Of a DNA stretch of 64,000 nt, positions 41,742 to 50,267 are shown in pieces. Position 1 is the first letter of the stretch; each line of letters starts with the position of its first letter. The stretch is taken from NCBI GenBank assembly GCA_963818505.1, contig CAWFSJ010000005.1, forward strand, positions 10,149 to 74,148, given 5' to 3'. This stretch comes from an uncultured Actinomycetota bacterium (GTDB taxonomy: Bacteria; Actinomycetota; Actinomycetes; S36-B12; UBA10799). Both the position numbers and the translations under genes were made by a program. The notes under the pieces are model-generated. The model was given only the letters and a program-made list of their open reading frames with translations, was not told the origin of the DNA and searched no databases.

Positions 41742-42914
41742 TCAGCGCGATGCCAACTCGGCCACGCGGGCCGCGGCTTCGTCCATCGTGTCCACAAGAT
41801 CAATCACATCGTGCTCCGCATCATCGAGGATGCGTCGACCCTCAGCGGCGTTGTTGCCGTCCAAGCGGCACACGATGGGCTTGTCCACCGCGTCGCCGCG
41901 CTCAGCCAGCATCTCCATCGCCTGCACGATCCCGTTGGCCACCGCGTCGCAGGACGTGATCCCGCCGAAGACGTTGACGAACACGCTCTTCACCTCGGGG
42001 TCGCCGAGGATGATCTCGAGGCCGTCGGCCATCACCTGCGCCGACGCGCCGCCGCCGATGTCGAGGAAGTTGGCCGGCTTGACGCCGCCGAACTGCTCAC
42101 CCGCGTAGGCCACCACGTCCAGCGTGCTCATGACCAGACCTGCGCCGTTGCCGATGATGCCGACCTCGCCGGAGAGTTTGACGTAGTTCAGGCCCTTCTC
42201 CTTCGCCTTGACCTCCAAGGGGTCGGTCGCGGCGTTGTCGACGAGGGCCTCATGCTCCGGGTGGCGGAAGTCGGCGTTGTCGTCAAGGGTCACTTTGCCG
42301 TCCAGCGCGAGGACGTGGCCCTCGGGCGTCTTGACCAGAGGATTCACCTCGACCAGGGTGGCGTCCTCGTTCACGAAGACATCCCACAGAGTCACCAGCA
42401 CGTTCGCGACCTGATCGGCCACGTCCGCGGGGAACTTCGCCTCGGCCACGATCTCGGCCGCCTTCGCCGCGTCGACCCCGTCGATGGGGTCGATCAACAC
42501 CTTGGCCAGGGCCTCGGGCTTGGTGGCTGCAACCTCTTCGATGTCCATGCCGCCCTCGACGCTGGCCATGGCCAGGAAGGTGCGGTTCGCGCGGTCGAGC
42601 AGGTAGGAGACGTAGTACTCCTCGGCGATGTCAGCGGCGCCGGTGATCAGGACCTTGTCGACGATGTGGCCCTTGATGTCCAGGCCGAGGATGCCTGCGG
42701 CCTTCTCTTCGGCCTCAGTCGGGTTCTGGGCCAGCTTCACTCCGCCGGCCTTGCCGCGCCCGCCGGTCTTGACCTGCGCCTTGACCACGACTGGACCGCC
42801 GATGCGGTCTGCTGCCTGACCGGCCGCCTGGGCATCGGTCACGACCTCACCGGACTGGGTGGGTACGCCGTGCTTGGCGAACAGCTCCTTGGCCTGGTAC
42901 TCGTAAAGATCCAC
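41742..42914 (-). CDS. sucC: succinate--CoA ligase subunit beta
   Basis: Starts [18 protein letters not shown], has an ATP-grasp fold, and lies upstream of sucD. Confidence 0.96.
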   Translation of the reverse strand: MDLYEYQAKELFAKHGVPTQSGEVVTDAQAAGQAADRIGGPVVVKAQVKTGGRGKAGGVKLAQNPTEAEEKAAGILGLDIKGHIVDKVLITGAADIAEEYYVSYLLDRANRTFLAMASVEGGMDIEEVAATKPEALAKVLIDPIDGVDAAKAAEIVAEAKFPADVADQVANVLVTLWDVFVNEDATLVEVNPLVKTPEGHVLALDGKVTLDDNADFRHPEHEALVDNAATDPLEVKAKEKGLNYVKLSGEVGIIGNGAGLVMSTLDVVAYAGEQFGGVKPANFLDIGGGASAQVMADGLEIILGDPEVKSVFVNVFGGITSCDAVANGIVQAMEMLAERGDAVDKPIVCRLDGNNAAEGRRILDDAEHDVIDLVDTMDEAAARVAELASR

Positions 42915-42970
42915 TGCACCACCTCATCGCTCGAACCGTAGTTGTGACGCTACTGTGTGGCGCGACCCGC

Positions 42971-43378
42971 TCAGACCACGGGGGTCGTGCCGAGATTGTC
43001 CTTGACCCACGAGACGACCTCCTCGGTGGATGTACCCGGGGTGAAGACCTGCGCCACGCCCATTTGGGTCAACGCGTCGCGGTCCTCCTCGGGGATGATC
43101 CCGCCGCCGAACACCACGATGTCCGATGCGTTGCGTTGGGCGAGCAGATCGATCACGGCCCGGAACAGAGTCATGTGCGCACCCGACAGGATGGACATGC
43201 CGACCGCTGCGACATCCTCCTGGATTGCCGCCTCGACGATCATCTGAGGTGTCTGGTGCAAGCCCGTGTAGATGACCTCGACGCCCCCGTCGCGCAAGGC
43301 ACGAGCGATGATCTTGGCTCCACGGTCATGTCCGTCGAGACCGGCTTTGGCTATGAGCACGCGAATCGGCTGGGTCAC
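42971..43378 (-). CDS. stand-alone cobalamin (B12)-binding domain protein (acyl-CoA mutase small-subunit-like)
   Basis: 135 aa with the DxHxxG motif (LDGHDRGAK) and the SILSGAH and GGGIIP motifs of mutase B12-binding domains. Confidence 0.85.
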   Translation of the reverse strand: MTQPIRVLIAKAGLDGHDRGAKIIARALRDGGVEVIYTGLHQTPQMIVEAAIQEDVAAVGMSILSGAHMTLFRAVIDLLAQRNASDIVVFGGGIIPEEDRDALTQMGVAQVFTPGTSTEEVVSWVKDNLGTTPVV

Positions 43379-43512
43379 AGCGTCAGTCTACGAGGGCGAC
43401 AGGCGGGCGGTGGAGCCGAATCAAGTGCGGGGATTCACCCCGCGGGGGCCAATTTTGGCTGCTTTCCGGTGTCTTCGACGTGCAGAGGCCCGGCATCGGC
43501 TAGTTTCCCCTT

Positions 43513-44493
43513 ATGCCCGAACGTCCCCCGGATAGCGAGGACTCTGGGTTGCGTGGACGCCTGGACAGGGCCCGCGACACCACCGCATCGGCCAAGAAGT
43601 CACTGCTGAACCCCAAGGGGATGCGCGGCGTGGCCAAAGAGGCGGCGTGGCTGGCCACACATGTCGCGATGTACCCCTTCGGGCTCGTGGAGGACAAGTA
43701 CCGTCACGCCGAGGAGCGCCACAACCTCGACGGTCTGCCCCCGGTGCAGCGCGGCTTGATCATCGGCGACGTGGAAGCTGCCGGCACCCCGATCATCCTC
43801 ATCCACGGAATCATCGATAACCACACGGTCTTCGCCTACCTGCGCCGAGCACTCAACCGGCGTGGATTCGGCCGCGTGATCACGTTGAACTATTCGCCAC
43901 TTTCCGACGACATCCCACGCGTGGCACGCCGCCTGAAATCCCTCGTGGAGAAGGTGCGGCGGGAAACCGGTTACGAGCGGGTGCATGTGATCGGTCACTC
44001 GATGGGTGGGGTCGTGGCCCGCTACTACGTGCAATGCCTGGGCGGGGATTCGCGCGTTCACACAGTGGTGACTCTGGGCTCCCCGCACGCCGGGACGATG
44101 CCCGCCTACCTGGTTCCGCATTCGGTGGTCAAGCAGATGCGCCCCGGCAGCCCCATCGTGCAGGAACTCGACGCTCCCGCGCCCGGATGCCGAACGCGCA
44201 TGGTGGCGATCTGGTCCGACCTCGATCAGATGATCATTCCCAAGCGCAACGCCCGGATCGTTCATCCTGACCTCAATGCGCGCAACGTGTTCGTCCGCGG
44301 GGTTGGGCACATGTCTTTCCCCGTCGACGGCAGGGTGGTGCACGAGATCTGCACGACATTGGCACAGTTGGACCCGGACGGTTCGACGCTGGTCCGGGGC
44401 ACGACCTCGATCGGGAGCAGCACTGGGCGGATCAGCGAGCCGGAAGCGACCGTGCGACCACGCCGACAAGCCCGCACCGGTCTGGCCGAGTAG
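43513..44493 (+). CDS. alpha/beta hydrolase, esterase/lipase family
   Basis: GHSMGG nucleophile elbow. ILIHGI lies upstream and a later HAG motif is also present. Confidence 0.8.
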   Translation: MPERPPDSEDSGLRGRLDRARDTTASAKKSLLNPKGMRGVAKEAAWLATHVAMYPFGLVEDKYRHAEERHNLDGLPPVQRGLIIGDVEAAGTPIILIHGIIDNHTVFAYLRRALNRRGFGRVITLNYSPLSDDIPRVARRLKSLVEKVRRETGYERVHVIGHSMGGVVARYYVQCLGGDSRVHTVVTLGSPHAGTMPAYLVPHSVVKQMRPGSPIVQELDAPAPGCRTRMVAIWSDLDQMIIPKRNARIVHPDLNARNVFVRGVGHMSFPVDGRVVHEICTTLAQLDPDGSTLVRGTTSIGSSTGRISEPEATVRPRRQARTGLAE

Positions 44494-44593
44494 GTCTTCA
44501 ACCTGCACCAGCCGACGACGCGGCTACCGACAGACAGAACTGGAGACCGGCAACCGCTACCCCAGGCCGGACCGGTTCAACCCGCACCCCTGC

Positions 44594-45286
44594 TCAGAGG
44601 TAGGCCATCGGGTCGCGCTGGGTCTTGTTCTTGAGCACCTCGAAGTGCAGGTGCGGGCCACTGGAGTTCCCGGTGCTGCCAACGGTCCCGATCTTCTGGC
44701 CGCGCAGCACCTTGTCGCCGACGTTGACGCCACTGCTGTTGAGGTGGGCATAAAGGGTCTCGACTGCGTTGTCGTGACGCACGATCACGTGATTTCCGTA
44801 GGCGCCACCCCAGCCAGCCTCAACGACCTTTCCTGCCAACGCGCTGAATACGGGGGTCCCGGTGGGCGCGGCGAAGTCCAGGCCTGTGTGATGCCCCGAT
44901 GACCAACTTGAGCCGGCCTGTCCGAAGCGGGCGGAGTAGTTGTAGTTGGTGGTCGGCGTGAACATGGGCCCGCTCGAGCGCTGAGCTCGCTGTCTGGCCC
45001 GCTTCTCAGCCGCGATCTCGATCTGCTTGGCCTTGTTGGCGGCCTGGCTCATCATCTTGGGGTCAAGGTGCGTGATCACAGGCTCCTCGGTGACCACCGC
45101 CGGTTCGGGCAGCGGATCGTCGAAGACCGCAGTCGAGGCGTTGCCGACCGAGGCAGCGCCGACGACCAGTGCACCAGCGACAACGGCGGCGCCACCGGCC
45201 AGGATGACGTCCTCAATGCGATCCCGGGTGATCATGTTCACTGTCCTTTCGTCTCTGCGTGCTCGGGCGATTGGCCGAGACCTCAC
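44594..45286 (-). CDS. M23 family metallopeptidase (membrane-anchored)
   Basis: HTGLDFAAPTGTPV and GSTGNSSGPHLHFEV motifs with an N-terminal TM helix. The start may be the internal Met at 45235. Confidence 0.85.
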   Translation of the reverse strand: MRSRPIARARRDERTVNMITRDRIEDVILAGGAAVVAGALVVGAASVGNASTAVFDDPLPEPAVVTEEPVITHLDPKMMSQAANKAKQIEIAAEKRARQRAQRSSGPMFTPTTNYNYSARFGQAGSSWSSGHHTGLDFAAPTGTPVFSALAGKVVEAGWGGAYGNHVIVRHDNAVETLYAHLNSSGVNVGDKVLRGQKIGTVGSTGNSSGPHLHFEVLKNKTQRDPMAYL

Positions 45287-45783
45287 GCACCGCGCAGGTA
45301 GTCGCGAGGGTTGAGCTTCTTCCCGTTCTTGCCACGGACCTCGAAGTGAAGGTGGGGACCGGTGGAGTTGCCGGTGCTACCGACTGTGCCGATCTTCTTA
45401 CCGGCAGTGACCTTCTTGCCCTTCTTGGTCTTGATCTTCGTCATGTGGGCGTAAAGGCTTCGCTTACCGTCCTTGTGCTTGATGATCACGGCCTTGCCGT
45501 AAGCCCCGGCCCAACCTGCGTAGACGACCTTGCCGTCGGCGACCGCGTCGATGCGAGTCCCCTTGGGCGCGGCGAAGTCCAGGCCGGTGTGATGGCCTGA
45601 GGACCAACGCGAACCGCGCTGGCCGAACTTGGCGGACAGGCGGTAGTTGGTGGTGGGCAACTCGGTGAACACGGCCGAGGCGGTGGAGCGACGGTCCTTC
45701 TCCGCAGCCATGGCCGGCGCTGTTGCGGGGACCATGAGGGCGACTGCGAGGCCTGTGCCGATGAGGGTGGCGGTTGTCTTCAT
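45283..45783 (-). CDS. M23 family metallopeptidase (secreted)
   Basis: Signal peptide MKTTATLIGTGLAVALMVPATAPAMA. HTGLDFAAPKGTRI and GSTGNSTGPHLHFEV motifs. Confidence 0.88.
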   Translation of the reverse strand: MKTTATLIGTGLAVALMVPATAPAMAAEKDRRSTASAVFTELPTTNYRLSAKFGQRGSRWSSGHHTGLDFAAPKGTRIDAVADGKVVYAGWAGAYGKAVIIKHKDGKRSLYAHMTKIKTKKGKKVTAGKKIGTVGSTGNSTGPHLHFEVRGKNGKKLNPRDYLRGA

Positions 45784-46009
45784 GCCGCTGTGATGCTCGA
45801 TTGCGGGTTCAACTAACCCTCAATATTCGGGCATTACGGCCAAATCACCCGTGAGGTCCGTCACCCCCATGTGGTCCGGGCCACGGCCACCCCGTCACCG
45901 GTTGTCCCGAAGTTACGCAAACACGCTGGCGTGTCCGGGTGACTTCGCAGCATCCGAGGGGCGGCTGAGGGCCAGATCCGAGGGCCGAAGGGCGGCTGAG
46001 CCCCCGCGG

Positions 46010-48364
46010 CTAGACCTTCTCCACCGGGGCATAGCGAAGGAGGAGGCGCTTGACGCCTTCGCTGCCGAAGTCGATGTGCGCCTCGGCCTTGTCGCTCTCG
46101 CCTGCCGTGGAAACGACTGTGCCCAGGCCGAACTTGGGGTGCAGGACGTTGTCTCCGACGGCCAAAGAGATGATCGGCCCAGATGTCCGACGCGCCGACC
46201 CAGCGGCCTGCGCCAACGCTGGAGCCGCGCCTCGGCCACCGGCGCTGGGGCGGCGCGACAGGTCACGGCCCGTGCGCCGCCAGTCGATCAGCGAGTCCGG
46301 CAACTCGTCGAGGAACCGGCTCGGGGGGTTGCTCTGAGGGGTTCCGAACTGCATGCGCATCGACGCCCGGCTGACGTGCAGTTGTTTGCGCGCTCGGGTC
46401 ACCCCGACGTAGGCAAGTCGGCGCTCCTCCTGCAGTTCGACCGGATCGTCCAGTGACCTGGCGTGCGGGAACACCGACTCCTCGAGGCCCGTGAGGAACA
46501 CCGCGTCGAACTCCAGGCCCTTGGCCGTGTGAAGAGTCATCAGCGTCACAAGGCCGCCCTCGTGGGCCGGCACGTCGTCGGCCTCGGCGACCAGGGCGAC
46601 GCGCTCGAGGAAGTCAGCCAGCGTCCCGTCGGCGTTGTCGTTGACGAACTCCCGGGCCACTGAGGCTAGTTCGGCCAGGTTCTCCAGGCGGGACTCGTCC
46701 TGCGGGTCGTTGGAGGCCTGCAACTCGGCCACCAGCCCCGACTGGTCCAGGACCGCCTCCACCATCTCCTCGGGGTCGGCCCCGGATTCGAGCACCATCC
46801 GCAGTTCGTCCAACAGCGCCAGGAAGCCACCGATCCTCGTTTCGGCCCGCGGTCCGATGCCGGCCTCATCTCGACGCCGCAGCGACGCTTCGAAGGTGAT
46901 CTGCTCACGTGCGGCGAGTTCGGAGATCTGCTCGACCGTGCGGTCCCCGAGACCGCGCTTCGGCACGTTCAGAATGCGGGTCAGGGCGACATCGTCCTCA
47001 GGATTGGAGACAACGCGCAGGTAAGCGAGAGCGTCACGCACTTCCTTGCGCTCGTAGAACCTGACGTTGCCCACGATCTTGTAGCGCAGACCCGATCGCA
47101 GCAGCACCTCCTCCAGCGGCCGCGATTGCGCGTGCGTCCGGTAGAAGATGGCGATCTCACCGGCGTCCCAGCCGTCGGCGGTCAGTTTCCTGATCTCGTT
47201 GACCACGAACGCTGCCTCGTCACGGTCGTCGTCGGCCACATAACCGATGATCGGGGGGCCATCACCGGAGTCGGTCCAGAGCCGCTTGTCGCGCCGACCT
47301 GTGTTGTGGGAGATGAGCGCGTTGGCCGCCGACAAAATGGTCTGGGTCGATCGGTAGTTCTGTTCCAGAAGCACAACGTGAGCACCGGGGAAATCCTTCT
47401 CGAACTCCTCGATGTTGCGCACATCAGCACCGCGGAACGCATAGATCGACTGGTCGGAGTCGCCCACGACGCACAACTCCGCGGGGTCCAAGCCGTGCGA
47501 CCCGTCGCCCACAAGGCGGCGGACCAACTCGTATTGCGCCCGGTTGGTGTCCTGGTACTCGTCGATGAGGACGTGTCCGAACAGGCGGTGGTAGTACGCA
47601 GCCACCTCGTCGAACAGCGTGAGCACTGCGACCGTGTTGCCGATGAGGTCGTCGAAATCCATGGCGCCGGCGCGCTGCAGGCGTTGGGTGTAGAGGCGGA
47701 AGACCTCGGCGAGAATCTCCTGCGACTCGGTTTCTGGGACGTACGATTCGTGGTCGATGAGTTCGTTCTTGAGCCCGGAGATCTGGTGCTGCAGGCCGCG
47801 CGGGCGGTACTTGCGCGGGTCCAGGTCGAGGTCCTTGCCGATGTTGGTGATCAGTCGGCGGCTGTCATCTGTGTCGTAGATGGAGAACGAACTGGGGAAG
47901 CCGAGGTGGTGGGCTTGGCGACGGAGGATGCGCACACAGGAACTGTGGAAAGTGGACACCCACATGCGCTGGCCCACCGGGCCGACGGCGGCGGTCACCC
48001 GCTCCTTCATCTCGTTGGCGGCCTTGTTCGTGAACGTGATCGCGAGGATCTCCGAAGGTACGGCCTGGCCCTCAGCCAGCAGGTATGCGATGCGTCGGGT
48101 CAGCACCCGGGTCTTGCCCGAACCGGCTCCGGCCACGACGAGAACCGGACTGCCACGATGTGTGACTGCCGCCGCCTGGGCCGGATTGAGGTCTGAAAGA
48201 AGGTCGTCCACCACGCCCGAGTGTAGGTCCGGGGTTCTTTGCGCCGAATGCCCCCCACCGCTTGCGGCCCGCCTCGCCGTTGGGCTCACCCACTGGCGCT
48301 GCCCCAGGCTAGGGATGGTCGTGTACGTCCTTGTGCTGACCCAGCACTCAGACACGCACGACAC
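46010..48364 (-). CDS. pcrA: ATP-dependent DNA helicase PcrA/UvrD1
   Basis: GAGSGKT and DEYQDTN motifs and a C-terminal HPKFGLGTV...RLLLRYAPVEKV domain. Several in-frame GTG starts lie between 48364 and 48209, so the N-terminus is uncertain. Confidence 0.93.
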   Translation of the reverse strand: MSCVSECWVSTRTYTTIPSLGQRQWVSPTARRAASGGGHSAQRTPDLHSGVVDDLLSDLNPAQAAAVTHRGSPVLVVAGAGSGKTRVLTRRIAYLLAEGQAVPSEILAITFTNKAANEMKERVTAAVGPVGQRMWVSTFHSSCVRILRRQAHHLGFPSSFSIYDTDDSRRLITNIGKDLDLDPRKYRPRGLQHQISGLKNELIDHESYVPETESQEILAEVFRLYTQRLQRAGAMDFDDLIGNTVAVLTLFDEVAAYYHRLFGHVLIDEYQDTNRAQYELVRRLVGDGSHGLDPAELCVVGDSDQSIYAFRGADVRNIEEFEKDFPGAHVVLLEQNYRSTQTILSAANALISHNTGRRDKRLWTDSGDGPPIIGYVADDDRDEAAFVVNEIRKLTADGWDAGEIAIFYRTHAQSRPLEEVLLRSGLRYKIVGNVRFYERKEVRDALAYLRVVSNPEDDVALTRILNVPKRGLGDRTVEQISELAAREQITFEASLRRRDEAGIGPRAETRIGGFLALLDELRMVLESGADPEEMVEAVLDQSGLVAELQASNDPQDESRLENLAELASVAREFVNDNADGTLADFLERVALVAEADDVPAHEGGLVTLMTLHTAKGLEFDAVFLTGLEESVFPHARSLDDPVELQEERRLAYVGVTRARKQLHVSRASMRMQFGTPQSNPPSRFLDELPDSLIDWRRTGRDLSRRPSAGGRGAAPALAQAAGSARRTSGPIISLAVGDNVLHPKFGLGTVVSTAGESDKAEAHIDFGSEGVKRLLLRYAPVEKV

Positions 48365-48736
48365 ACGGCAGCGGTCCGAATTGCCCGAAAAGGGGACTCA
48401 CAGAAACTGCCTTGGCGGCCTGCGGTGATGGCCGCAACCGTCCCGACACAGGGCCGGGGACGCCTGGTCCACCATCGACAACGGAAAGACAACCTTGAAG
48501 ATCAAGAAAGGAAAACCCCTCCCGAAGAAGCTCCAAGGCAAGGCCACAAAGGCCGGTTACTTCACCGCCAGGTTCACGATCACCGTGAAGGAGCGCTGGC
48601 GTTGACCGGCAATTCCGGGCCGCATCGCCAAGGGACACGAGGACCTAGCTACCCAGCCGACGAGTGACCTGGCTGAACCTCCGGTGTTCTTCTCAGTCGG
48701 ACTCATGTCCGCGGATGGTCCCGCTGGTGGCCCGGC

Positions 48737-49921
48737 CTAGGCGGCCGCCGGTGGTGCCCGTGTGGTGGGGGTGATGTGTGGGATGCCGTCGGTGATGGTG
48801 ATGGTGTAGGTGCCGAAGTGCAGGTCGTGGTGGCATCGCGAACACATTAGGACCAGGTTTTCGAGGTCGGTGAGCCCGCCGTGGCGCCAGTGGTGGATGT
48901 GGTGGGCCTGGCAGTAGCGGGGGGCCCGTCCGCAGCGGATGCAGCCCCGGTCGCGGGCGATCAGGGCCCGCCATTGGGCGTCGGTGGCCACCCGTTTGCC
49001 CCGGCCCAGGGCTAGCGGGACGAACACCCCGGCGCGGTACACGCCGAGGATCACCGAGATGATCGCGGTGCAGGTCAGCAGGTCGTACAACCGGGTGCCC
49101 AACGCCGAGCCGTCCTCCAGGACCGCGCCCTGGCCGTCGGTGAGGTCTTCCAGATCGATCAGCACCGACAGCCCGCAGGCCCCGCCCGGGCCGGTGTTGG
49201 CGGCGGCGGCGGCGACCAGGTCGGCCAAGGCATCGGCGCGGCGCTGGGCGGGGCTGCGGGTGTCCTCGGCCCCGGTGCGGCCCATCAGCACCGCCAGGGC
49301 ATCACGCAGCCGGGCCCCGTCGACCGGGTTCAGGTAGCCGTCCAGGCGGAACATGCCGTTGGCCGTCTCCGAGAGGCTGATGCCGCGTTTGGCGTGCAGG
49401 TCCTGGTGGGTGGCGTCCAACGATTCGGGGCGGCACTGCTCGACCAGCACCTGCAGGATCCGGCGCAACTCCCCCGGTTCGGTGGCCTCGGCGACGGTGA
49501 CCACCGCGGCCTGCACCGAGGCGAACCGGTCGATGCGCCCGGCGTGGGCGGTGATCGCCGCCACATGCGCGGTACTGATCCGCCCGGCGGCATACGCCGC
49601 GCGCACCCCGGGCAGATCGGCCAGGGCCCGGCCGCGGGCCGCCAGCGCCGACCCGGCCTGCGGATTCGCCCCGGTGGCCACCGCGACCAGCATGCCGGTG
49701 GTGCCGGCGTGCAACACCCTGGAATCCCCACACCCGTCGGCGACCGTGGCCAACTCGGTCAGGTAGGCGTCCAACCGGTTGCGTAAACCCTGCACCGCGC
49801 TCATCGACCCGGCCCGCTGCTCGGCGCACAACAACTGCGGGTCCGGCAGAGTCGCCAACAGGCCGTTCACCTGGTCCAGGATTTCGGGGTGGTCGTCGGG
49901 CAGGTCCGCGGCGATCGCCAT
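48737..49921 (-). CDS. DUF222-HNH endonuclease (13E12-repeat-family-like)
   Basis: ORF 48737..50407 trimmed to ATG 49921 because the upstream 160 codons are Arg/Trp-rich and overlap the neighbouring gene. HNH motif is CQAHHIHHW...NLVLMCSRCHHDLH. Confidence 0.85.
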   Translation of the reverse strand: MAIAADLPDDHPEILDQVNGLLATLPDPQLLCAEQRAGSMSAVQGLRNRLDAYLTELATVADGCGDSRVLHAGTTGMLVAVATGANPQAGSALAARGRALADLPGVRAAYAAGRISTAHVAAITAHAGRIDRFASVQAAVVTVAEATEPGELRRILQVLVEQCRPESLDATHQDLHAKRGISLSETANGMFRLDGYLNPVDGARLRDALAVLMGRTGAEDTRSPAQRRADALADLVAAAAANTGPGGACGLSVLIDLEDLTDGQGAVLEDGSALGTRLYDLLTCTAIISVILGVYRAGVFVPLALGRGKRVATDAQWRALIARDRGCIRCGRAPRYCQAHHIHHWRHGGLTDLENLVLMCSRCHHDLHFGTYTITITDGIPHITPTTRAPPAAA

Positions 49922-50267
49922 CCTGCGCTGCGCCTGCCGGGTCACCTCGAAAAACCCCACCCCCACCACCCCCGATCTGTAGTTGTCCGCATCGTCGCAA
50001 CAGGGTCCGACAAACCCGGATCTGCAACCTGACCACATCGTCGCAGCAGGGTGTGACAAGAACGATCGGCCGCGAAACCGGGCCTGTGCAAACCCGCGCA
50101 GAGCATGCCGGCCCACACGCACGTCGGAGGCACGCCAGACACCAACAGCGGAAGCACCCAGGGGGCAGGATGCGCGGATCACACAGCGCCAACCTTCTGA
50201 GAGGACGCTCGCGGGGATCGGGCCGCTGAGGCGATAACTGCTCTCAACGACCCCCGGGGAGCCACGA

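Noticed and set aside
48365-48494. LexA SOS box (TCGAAC-N4-GTTCGA type) upstream of pcrA/uvrD.
   Set aside because: I scanned the upstream region by eye. Only a weak CGAA...GAAA resemblance is present, with no acceptable palindrome.
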